From: Phycisphaerae bacterium
GTDB taxonomy: Bacteria > Planctomycetota > Phycisphaerae > Phycisphaerales > UBA1924
Assembly: GCA_002706885.1 (NCBI GenBank)
Contig: PAKY01000024.1
Span: 1,774 to 65,773 of the forward strand
Direction of reading: 5' to 3'
DNA: 64,000 nt
The position numbers were made by a program, and so were the translations under genes. Below the pieces are notes generated by a model. That model did no database searches. It was not told the origin of the DNA and saw only the letters and a program-made list of their open reading frames with translations. This document shows, piece after piece, positions 1 through 7,172 of the stretch (the first letter of the stretch is position 1; each line of letters begins with the position of its first letter).

Positions 1-873
1 CAAGCTCTAAACGACGCCGGCGTCGGATTCGCCGATCTCGATGGCGTAGCGGTCTCACAGCGTCCGGGTCTGATCGGCTCACTCCTCGTCGGCGTCGCGA
101 CGGCCAAGTCGATCGCCTGGTCGATCGGCACGCCACTCATCGGCGTCGATCACATCCAGGCCCACCTCTACGCTGGCCTGCTCGATCGCGACGCGGACCT
201 TTCGACGCCGGCTCTCGGTCTCGTCGTGAGCGGCGGCCACACCGCGATCTACCGCGTCGATGGTCCGACCGACATGATCCGACTGGGCGCCACCATCGAC
301 GACGCTCTCGGTGAGGCGTACGACAAGGCCGCCGCGATCCTCGATCTTCCCTATCCGGGCGGCCCCGAGATCGACCGTCTCGCCGCGTCCGACGACGCCG
401 ATGAAACGGCGTTCGACCTTCCTGTCAGCCGCCTCGGCAAGGACTCGCTCGATTTCAGCTTCAGCGGCCTCAAGACCGCGATGCTCTACGCCGTACGAGG
501 AGTTCCGAGGCCCGCCAACCGCGGTGGGGGATTCCCGGACGACCACCCACCCATGACGCCCGATCGTGTCCGTAACGCGGCCGCGAGTTTCCAGGCGGCC
601 GCCGTTCGCGCGGTGCTGCTCAAGCTCGAAAGATCGCTCGAGGTGGTCGGTTGCGCCCGTTCGATCGTCGCGGGCGGGGGCGTGGTATCGAACAGCCGTC
701 TCCGCTCCGAGCTCTCGACATTCGCGGCGCGGCATCAGCTCGAGCTCATCATCCCGGAACCCCGTTTCTGCGTCGACAATGCAGCGATGATCGCGGGGCT
801 CGGCGCCGAGCGCCTGGCGCGGGGCGAGTTCGACGATCTCGAGATGACGCCACTCCCGACGACCGCGTGCTGA
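1..873 (+). CDS. tsaD: tRNA N6-adenosine threonylcarbamoyltransferase TsaD (Kae1/Gcp family), 5' end outside window
   Basis: Frame 1 is open from nt 1 (QALNDAGVGFADLDGVAVSQRPGLIGSLLVGVATAKSIAW..) and runs into listed ORF 226..873. Family motifs: LDLPYPGGPEIDRLA, FSFSGLKTA, VAGGGVVSNSRLRSEL. Confidence 0.93.
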   Translation, partial: QALNDAGVGFADLDGVAVSQRPGLIGSLLVGVATAKSIAWSIGTPLIGVDHIQAHLYAGLLDRDADLSTPALGLVVSGGHTAIYRVDGPTDMIRLGATIDDALGEAYDKAAAILDLPYPGGPEIDRLAASDDADETAFDLPVSRLGKDSLDFSFSGLKTAMLYAVRGVPRPANRGGGFPDDHPPMTPDRVRNAAASFQAAAVRAVLLKLERSLEVVGCARSIVAGGGVVSNSRLRSELSTFAARHQLELIIPEPRFCVDNAAMIAGLGAERLARGEFDDLEMTPLPTTAC

Positions 874-1442
874 TGGCGAAGCGAAACGCCGACAACACGC
901 CGTTCGACCCGATCTTTGATCGTCCCGCGACGCCCCGGCCGACGCACCCCGCGGCTCTGCCAGACGACGACCTCCGCGAGCAGTGCGACTGGACCCGATC
1001 CCGCGGCGGCGGACCGGGTGGTCAGCACCGAAACAAGGTCGAGACCACGGTCGAGATCATGCACAAGTCCACCGGCGTGCATGCGAAGGCAGGGGAGCGG
1101 CGTTCCGTCCGCGAGAACATGCGCGTCGCCATCAGTCGCCTGCGCCTCGCGCTCGCCGTCGAGCACCGGGTGGGCGTGCCCGCGGGCGAATGTCGAAGCG
1201 ATCTCTGGCGCTCGCGTACCCGCTCAGGCAAGATCAGCCTGAGCACCCGTCACCGCGACTTTCCCTCGATGCTTGCCGAGGCGATGGACGTCCTCGACGC
1301 CTGCGACTGGGACCCCAAGCTCGCCGCCACGCGTCTCTGTGTCACCCCGACCCAGATCGTCAAACTCCTCCGAGAGCACCCCGCGGCGCTCGCCAAGACG
1401 AACGCGGAGCGGGAGAGGCGGGGGGGAAGACCGCTCAAATAG
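873..1442 (+). CDS. class-I release factor (RF-1/GGQ) domain protein, peptidyl-tRNA hydrolase-like
   Basis: GGQ motif in SRGGGPGGQHRNKVETTVEIMHKSTGV. Start chosen at ATG 873 (MAKRNADN..), which overlaps the tsaD stop as TGATG. The upstream part of listed ORF 651.. lies inside tsaD. Confidence 0.8.
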   Translation: MAKRNADNTPFDPIFDRPATPRPTHPAALPDDDLREQCDWTRSRGGGPGGQHRNKVETTVEIMHKSTGVHAKAGERRSVRENMRVAISRLRLALAVEHRVGVPAGECRSDLWRSRTRSGKISLSTRHRDFPSMLAEAMDVLDACDWDPKLAATRLCVTPTQIVKLLREHPAALAKTNAERERRGGRPLK

Positions 1443-1461
1443 CCCGATCACAACACGTCAA

Positions 1462-1494
1462 ATGGCCAGATCCGGAGTGCCCGGATCTGGCCAT
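1462..1494. terminator. perfect 14-bp hairpin between convergent genes (putative bidirectional terminator)
   Basis: ATGGCCAGATCCGG-agtgc-CCGGATCTGGCCAT, between the stop at 1442 (+) and the stop at 1529 (-). No clear U-tract. Confidence 0.55.
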
Positions 1495-1528
1495 CTGGTG
1501 ATCTGCGATCTGGCGATCTTGACGACGC

Positions 1529-2257
1529 TTAGCGTCGACGACGCGCCGCCACGAGCCCGCCGAGGGCCAGCACGCCCGCGCCCGTCGGCGCCGGGACAAA
1601 GTACGTCACGCTCGCAACGCCGCCCGAGAGGCCGAACCCGGAGAGGGGCCCGCCGCCCGCGGCGATCGTCGTGATGCCACCGAACGTCCCGTCGAGGTAG
1701 TCCTCGACGAAGAAGTTGCCGGAGAACAGCACGCTCCCGGCGGGGCCCAGGAGCGTGAAGTCGGCGAGATACGCCCCGGCAAGGGCGTCGAACGGATCCG
1801 CGATGCCCGCGAAGTCCGGATCGAAGAACGTGTCGGCGTCCGTGTTCGGGCCACCGAACTCGAAGCCGATCTCCGTCACCGCCGAGCCGTCGTTGAACGT
1901 CAGGCCGGAGGGGAGAAGGTTGCCGAAGCTCGGCTCGATCCAAGAGATCGTGAGCGTGCGCGTTCCGTCGCCGTTATCGGTCACGAGCGACGAGATCTCG
2001 AGCGTCCCGACGGGCGAAGCGATGGTCTGCGTCCCGCCGATGCCGTGGTTCGTCGGGCCTGCGTAGAACGCGCCGTTCGAGTCGTTGAAGATCGTTACCG
2101 CCGTGTCGACCGTCTCGATCGCAACGACGCCCGCAGCACCGTGCGACGCCTCGGCGTTCAAGAACGTCTGGGTGATCGGCGAGGCCGAAAGGCTTGCGCC
2201 CGCGGTTGCCGCCGAGCCCGCGAGGGCCGCGAACATGCTGATAGCCGTCTTACACAT
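1529..2257 (-). CDS. secreted protein with PEP-CTERM-like C-terminal sorting tail
   Basis: Start ATG 2257 (MCKTAISMFAALAGSAATAGA signal peptide) preceded by GAGGAGAG. C-terminus is YFVPAPTGAGVLALGGLVAARRRR-stop. Confidence 0.8.
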   Translation of the reverse strand: MCKTAISMFAALAGSAATAGASLSASPITQTFLNAEASHGAAGVVAIETVDTAVTIFNDSNGAFYAGPTNHGIGGTQTIASPVGTLEISSLVTDNGDGTRTLTISWIEPSFGNLLPSGLTFNDGSAVTEIGFEFGGPNTDADTFFDPDFAGIADPFDALAGAYLADFTLLGPAGSVLFSGNFFVEDYLDGTFGGITTIAAGGGPLSGFGLSGGVASVTYFVPAPTGAGVLALGGLVAARRRR

Positions 2258-2431
2258 GGTCTCACTCTCCTCGATATCGATGGAAGTTGAGCGATCGTTG
2301 AATCGCCGATTGGCGCAACACCCGCGCACAACTACCACAATATAGGGGGAGGTTGGCACACCGGTTTCGGGCAATCCGCAGGTTCTGCGCGGATTCCACA
2401 CAGATCTTTGGGCCTGTAACGGATTTGGCGT

Positions 2432-3004
2432 TTAGTCGCCGTGCCGCGCCCGAAGCTTGGTGCTCATCCGGCAAATCAGGTGGGCACGCTCCACATCGTT
2501 CACCCAGTCTTGAAGCGTTGCGGCGACCTCGTCGTCCGGCACGGGCGCCCCGGGAAGCGGGCAGGACGCCCCGAGTTGCTTCGCGGCCATCGCCCGATAG
2601 CGGCTGAGCGTCCGATCGCCCACGATGAAGAGCTGATCGAAGTCCTCGTTCATCATCACCCCGACCGGCACCCGCTGCCCTTCGCAGATGAGCAGCTCGT
2701 TCGCCAGGTCGAGCCGTCGATCGCGGTCGACGACGCGGAGGCGGAACTTGCCCGGATTCGCTCGCTCGATGTGGGCGAGCATCGGCACCTGCTGCACACA
2801 GTCGCCGCACCACGTTCCGCTGAGAATGAGGCAGTTGACCTGCCGAGAAAAACCCGAGAGCAGCGTCCGCTGAGAATCTGTGAGCGACACCCGGCCGTCG
2901 AAGGCCTTCCACTTGTCCTGCTGATCGGGTTTCCCCGTCGAGACATACTGGTCAAAGGGCAGGGCGGACTCGAAGGCAGGACGAAGGATCTCAGGCGTCA
3001 GCAT
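2432..3004 (-). CDS. thioredoxin-fold family protein
   Basis: WCGDC redox motif in LILSGTWCGDCVQQVPMLA. High GC3, complete ORF. Confidence 0.78.
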   Translation of the reverse strand: MLTPEILRPAFESALPFDQYVSTGKPDQQDKWKAFDGRVSLTDSQRTLLSGFSRQVNCLILSGTWCGDCVQQVPMLAHIERANPGKFRLRVVDRDRRLDLANELLICEGQRVPVGVMMNEDFDQLFIVGDRTLSRYRAMAAKQLGASCPLPGAPVPDDEVAATLQDWVNDVERAHLICRMSTKLRARHGD

Positions 3005-3071
3005 GGGGTGGCTCCCGTTGAGTGGAGCGCGATGCTAGAGCCGTTTTCGGGATCCAGCGCCGGTGAAGCGG

Positions 3072-4376
3072 TCAGAGCGAGCACCCGGCATGCGCCGAGA
3101 GCAGACCGATGGTGTCCATCGGAGTCAGTTCACCGTCGCCGTCGAAGTCACCCGACGGATGTTCCGCTCGGACGGCTTGCGCGTGGGCGATGATGTCGAA
3201 CGCGTCGCGGTCGCCGTCGCGATCGACATCGGCGGCGCAGCACAGGTCCGCCTCCGCAGACACGCCCGCGACCACATCGCATGGCCCTGGATCGCCGAGC
3301 CCATTCAGCCGTTCGGCCGCGTCGACCATCAGCGATGTGAGCGACGCATTGAGCAGGTCCGAGTTCCAGATCTCCATGTATCCGATGCCTGCATCGAGAG
3401 CGAGATCGATCTCGGCCGCGATCCCCGCCGGACCGAATCGGTCGGGGCGCAACGTGAAGCTGTTCGCGACCTGAACTTCAGCGTGCGTCCGCACGGCGGA
3501 CGTCACAAGGACGTCGAAGCTCCCGGGGTAGACCTCGTACGCGTTCCGCTCCATCCACCAGGCGGCGAGAATGCCCATCCGCTCGCCGTAGGTTTCAGAC
3601 GCATAGCGGGCGACGTTCTCCTGCACATCGTCCGACCCGAGCACCGGGTGGACGTCGTGCGAGAGGGGGTGATTCGGAAAAGCGGTGGCGAACGCGTCAA
3701 CCACCGCCTCCCACGAGTCCGTGTAGAGCTCTGGCGTATACCCCGCCGCGAGCCAGTTTGCCTGATCGACGGGCGAGAACGGCAGTTGCATCTCAAACCC
3801 GTTTGCGCTCGCGTGCGTCATGTAGACGAGCGAGATCGTGTCCTCGGTCGCGAATCGCGCCCCGAGCGCCTCGATCAGCGTCGTCCATCGCTCGAGGTGT
3901 GTCTCGTCCCATGGAACGGGGATCGTGATCGTGTCCTCATTGCGCATGTAGGTGAACGTTTCGACGCCGACGCTCGGGAGCCAGACCGGCGCTTGCGGTC
4001 CGTTGACGACCGCCAGCGAAATCCGCTTCCCCGCGGCCTCGGCGAGCGCGATCTGATCATCAAGGCGGGAGAAGTCGATCACACCTGGGGATGGTTCGAC
4101 GTCGTTCCATCCGATCCGGACGAGGATCCCATCCACATGCTCCAGCGCCGCGACATCGGCGAGAACGGAGTCTCCGCTCGTCGCCCGAGTCGGCGGGCAG
4201 CTGCAGTAGAGACCGCGTGGCGGAGATATCGCTGCCTGTGCGCACGCAAGAGACGACGCGGCGCAGACAGCGATCAGAGGTGTCAAACTGGGCAATTTCA
4301 AAGCGAGCGCTCCTTCAACGGGGATAGAAACGCCTGTCCCGCCGCGAGATTGCATCTCCGCCGCATACAACGCCAT
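3072..4376 (-). CDS. secreted glycoside-hydrolase-like TIM-barrel protein with C-terminal calcium-type dockerin ending in GC
   Basis: Signal peptide LKLPSLTPLIAVCAASSLACAQA. Clan-A GH-like motif VRIGWNDVEPSPGVIDFSRLDDQIALAEAAGKRISLAV. C-terminus DVDRDGDRDAFDII...DFDGDGELTPMDTIGLLSAHAGCSL. Start could be ATG 4376 or 4355. The antisense ORF 3063..4472 is Arg-rich junk. Confidence 0.65.
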   Translation of the reverse strand: MALYAAEMQSRGGTGVSIPVEGALALKLPSLTPLIAVCAASSLACAQAAISPPRGLYCSCPPTRATSGDSVLADVAALEHVDGILVRIGWNDVEPSPGVIDFSRLDDQIALAEAAGKRISLAVVNGPQAPVWLPSVGVETFTYMRNEDTITIPVPWDETHLERWTTLIEALGARFATEDTISLVYMTHASANGFEMQLPFSPVDQANWLAAGYTPELYTDSWEAVVDAFATAFPNHPLSHDVHPVLGSDDVQENVARYASETYGERMGILAAWWMERNAYEVYPGSFDVLVTSAVRTHAEVQVANSFTLRPDRFGPAGIAAEIDLALDAGIGYMEIWNSDLLNASLTSLMVDAAERLNGLGDPGPCDVVAGVSAEADLCCAADVDRDGDRDAFDIIAHAQAVRAEHPSGDFDGDGELTPMDTIGLLSAHAGCSL

Positions 4377-4389
4377 CGAATGGGGCAAA

Positions 4390-5007
4390 CTACTGGCCTT
4401 GGCGGTCGACCTGGTGTTCACCCGACCCAATGCGCTTGGGCGTCCATTCGCCGCACTCGGTGCAGCGAATGAACGGCGCCGGATCCTGAGCGAGGTGGCT
4501 GAGGTCGTATGAGCACGAAAAGCACCGGGGCAGGTTGATTCGGCTCTCGAGTTCTCGCCTGTACGGCCCGTGCCAGAGCCATTCCGAGATGCCTAACGCG
4601 ATACCCAATGGGATGATCACGAAGATGATGACCAGCGATGCGATCTTCGCGATGCTTTCAGCATTCGCGTTCGATCCGGAAAGATGATCGATCGCGTCGA
4701 ACAGGTGTTGCATCGGCGCCGTGGGCGTCAGCGGCGTGAGCCCGGCCATCAGAGCCATCCAGATCGCGGACGTGACGACGATCAGAAGCCCACTGATCCA
4801 GTAGCGATCGGACATGTTGCCGCGGAGGTACCCCGCCCACGGCGCGACCGCCTTGGGGTCCAGCCCCGTCGCCTTCGCGAGCATCGCGCGATCGCGCCGC
4901 ATCGGCCGATCCTGGCGAAGCCCGCTGCGTGGAACGAGCACACGGATCGCTCTCGGTCGGAGGTCGCGGTCCGGCGGCGGTGGGATGTTTCCGTCAGCCG
5001 GATTCAA
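4390..5007 (-). CDS. membrane protein with C-terminal CxxC..CxxC zinc ribbon (paralog 1)
   Basis: Two hydrophobic helices (WISGLLIVVTSAIWMALMAGL; IASLVIIFVIIPLGIALGI), then CFSCSYDLSHL..IRCTECGEWTP. Start uncertain. Confidence 0.6.
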   Translation of the reverse strand: MNPADGNIPPPPDRDLRPRAIRVLVPRSGLRQDRPMRRDRAMLAKATGLDPKAVAPWAGYLRGNMSDRYWISGLLIVVTSAIWMALMAGLTPLTPTAPMQHLFDAIDHLSGSNANAESIAKIASLVIIFVIIPLGIALGISEWLWHGPYRRELESRINLPRCFSCSYDLSHLAQDPAPFIRCTECGEWTPKRIGSGEHQVDRQGQ

Positions 5008-5503
5008 TGGCCCCCCGAGGGTTCGGCGTCAGACCCCCGCACTCAGGACAGTGGATCGCGCTGTCGGGCGTGCGTGCGCCATGGTCGCAGTCGAAGCCGC
5101 ACCAGAAGCAGGCGGGCCGTTCGCAGCACCGTTTGATCTCCCGCTCGACGGCGCCGCCGAGCCATCGGTCATAGACGAGCGAGCGGAAGGGTGACCAACG
5201 GGCGCCCGCGAGGCAGAGGACGGCCAGGAGCGCGAACTGGAATGCGAGCACGACCATCAGGCCATGCCAGACAATCGCCAGGTTGACGAGCATGAACGTG
5301 CCGATCGTCGCATAGACCAACCACGAGCCCTTGTGAACTCGTCGCGCGACGCCGCCGACGAGTTCAACGGCGTCGGGATACGGCACGCCCGCCTCCGCCT
5401 TCGCGAGCTGCGTCCAACGCCACGGGAACGTGTGGACCGATCCCATGGGGCGGGTGGGATGACGGAAAACGGGCGAGTTGGATGACTGCCTAGTGACGCT
5501 CAT
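4994..5503 (-). CDS. membrane protein with C-terminal CxxC..CxxC zinc ribbon (paralog 2)
   Basis: Start ATG 5503 (MSVTRQSS..). TM helices (WLVYATIGTFMLVNLAIVW; MVVLAFQFALLAVLCLAG), then CFWCGFDCDHG..IHCPECGGLTP. Its 3' end overlaps the start of 4390..5007. Confidence 0.6.
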   Translation of the reverse strand: MSVTRQSSNSPVFRHPTRPMGSVHTFPWRWTQLAKAEAGVPYPDAVELVGGVARRVHKGSWLVYATIGTFMLVNLAIVWHGLMVVLAFQFALLAVLCLAGARWSPFRSLVYDRWLGGAVEREIKRCCERPACFWCGFDCDHGARTPDSAIHCPECGGLTPNPRGAIESG

Positions 5504-6572
5504 CGTCGTTCTGCGGGGCGAGAGGCGTTGGCGATCGCTTGAGGCCGTTGACCGTCGTGCCGCCCTGGATCTCCTGCGTGATGCGCGCGTTGAAGTCGAA
5601 CGGGAACGCCTGACGCACGGCGCTCGCCTCGTCGAGTCGCGCAATCTGCTCGTCGCTGAGTGAGACCTCCAGCGCCGCGAGGTTCGCGTCGAGCTGCTCG
5701 AGCGTGCGGGCGCCGATGATCGTGCTGGTCACGCCCGACCGCGATTGCACCCACGCGAGCGCGACCTGCGCCGGCGTGCACGCCGCCTGCTTCGACACGT
5801 CCACCAGAACGTCGATGATCCCGTAGGTCTTCTCATCGATGTTGTCGGTCCAACCGCTCTTCACGCGCCCCTCGTCCGGCTTCGAGTCGCGCGTGTACTT
5901 CCCGGTCAGCACGCCGCCTTTGAGCGGGCTCCAGGGCGTGACGCCCATGCCCATCTCACGGGCCATCGGGATCAGTTCGCCTTCGACCGTGCGTTCGCCG
6001 AGCGAGTACTCGATCTGGATCGCGGTGATCGGGGCCCAGCGGTTGGCGCGGGCGATCTCCTGCGAGCGGGCGCAGATCCACGCGGGGTGGTCGGAGAGTC
6101 CGACGTAGCGGACCTTCCCGCTGCGAACGAGTTGGTCGAAGGTGTGCAGCGTTTCCTCGATCGGCGTGTGCGGATCAAGAAAATGCGCCCAGAGCAGGTC
6201 GATGTAGTCGGTTTGGAGCCTTCGAAGCGAGTGATCGACGGCGTCGAGGATGTTCTTTCTGCCGCCGCCGCCCGCGTTCGGATCGCCGAGGAACATGTTC
6301 CCCGTGCACTTCGTCGCGATCACGACGCGGTCGCGTCGTGAGGCGTGCTTCCCAAGGTGATCACCGATGATCTTCTCGGAATGCCCCTTCGTGTACATGT
6401 TCGCGGTGTCGATGAAATTCCCGCCCCGCTCGATGTAGGTGTCGATGACCTTCTGCGACGTCTCGACGTCCGACCCCCATCCCCAATCGAGGCCGAAGGT
6501 CATCGCGCCGAGGCACATCGGGCTGACCCGGAGACCGGATCGGCCAAGACTGACGTAGTTCGTGAGGGGCAT
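5490..6572 (-). CDS. aldo/keto reductase family oxidoreductase
   Basis: Start ATG 6572 (MPLTNYVSLGRSGLRVSPMCLGAMTFG). AKR motifs: GGNFIDTANMY, VRYVGLSDHPAW, ALAWV..GVTSTIIGARTLEQL. Confidence 0.92.
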   Translation of the reverse strand: MPLTNYVSLGRSGLRVSPMCLGAMTFGLDWGWGSDVETSQKVIDTYIERGGNFIDTANMYTKGHSEKIIGDHLGKHASRRDRVVIATKCTGNMFLGDPNAGGGGRKNILDAVDHSLRRLQTDYIDLLWAHFLDPHTPIEETLHTFDQLVRSGKVRYVGLSDHPAWICARSQEIARANRWAPITAIQIEYSLGERTVEGELIPMAREMGMGVTPWSPLKGGVLTGKYTRDSKPDEGRVKSGWTDNIDEKTYGIIDVLVDVSKQAACTPAQVALAWVQSRSGVTSTIIGARTLEQLDANLAALEVSLSDEQIARLDEASAVRQAFPFDFNARITQEIQGGTTVNGLKRSPTPLAPQNDDERH

Positions 6573-6740
6573 GGAGCGGCTCCGTGGGTGCAAGGTGTGC
6601 GCGGACGGCGAATGCTCGAAGCGTACCCGACAGTTGTCGATCGGTGGCGTTGTTCACGGTTCGCTGGCTCGGTGTTCGCACTTTGGAAGATAAATTGAAA
6701 CTCACCGATCGGTGACGGGAGTTTCCTCGAAGATTTCCGT

Positions 6741-7154
6741 ATGAGCCATCAGACTCTCATCAGCGGCAAGCGTCTTCTTCGTGTCCGAGAGATTCCGCGC
6801 GACAAGCTCCGCGAACTCGCCATCGAGCACGCGACCGACGAACACGTCAGCCGGACGTCGCCCGACGGTCGCACGCCCGGAACCGCGGAGCACATCGCGG
6901 CGCTGCTCGTGATCGCGGTCGGCTTTCTGGCGCTGCTCGTCGGCGGCGCCGCGGCGATCGTGGTGCTTGGGGGAAGTCTCTGGGGGGTCGGTATGGCTCT
7001 CGCCTACGGACTCCTGCTGCTCGCCTTGACAGCGCCCGTGCTGCTCGCCGAGTTTGCACGGTTCGAAGAACACGCCCACGCTCGCCATCAGGCCCAACTC
7101 GCCGTCGCTCCGCCCCGTGGCACGGTGGACGGCGTCGAGCTCCGCGAGATCTGA
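6741..7154 (+). CDS. hypothetical small membrane protein
   Basis: High GC3 in this frame. Two predicted TM helices (IAALLVIAVGFLALLVGGAAAIVVLGG; GMALAYGLLLLALTAPVLLA). The competing antisense ORF 6702..7097 is Arg/Pro/Glu-rich. Confidence 0.55.
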   Translation: MSHQTLISGKRLLRVREIPRDKLRELAIEHATDEHVSRTSPDGRTPGTAEHIAALLVIAVGFLALLVGGAAAIVVLGGSLWGVGMALAYGLLLLALTAPVLLAEFARFEEHAHARHQAQLAVAPPRGTVDGVELREI

Positions 7155-7172
7155 CGCGGAGAAATCATCCGG

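Noticed and set aside
2315-2339. GTTGTG-type half-sites upstream of two PEP-CTERM-tailed genes (TGTGGTAGTTGTGCGCGGGTGTTGC at 2315-2339 on the minus strand; TGTTGTGGTGCGTCCGTTGTGTG at 39026-39048)
   Set aside because: It occurs at only two of six genes. Spacing and orientation differ, and the distance to the start codon differs (58-82 nt versus 21-43 nt). The motif is too short to distinguish from chance by eye.
6702-7097. 131-aa minus-strand ORF
   Set aside because: The plus-strand ORF 6741..7154 has the expected GC3 bias and two clean TM helices. The minus-strand product is charged low-complexity (RRGAADEQRQKADRDHEQRRD).
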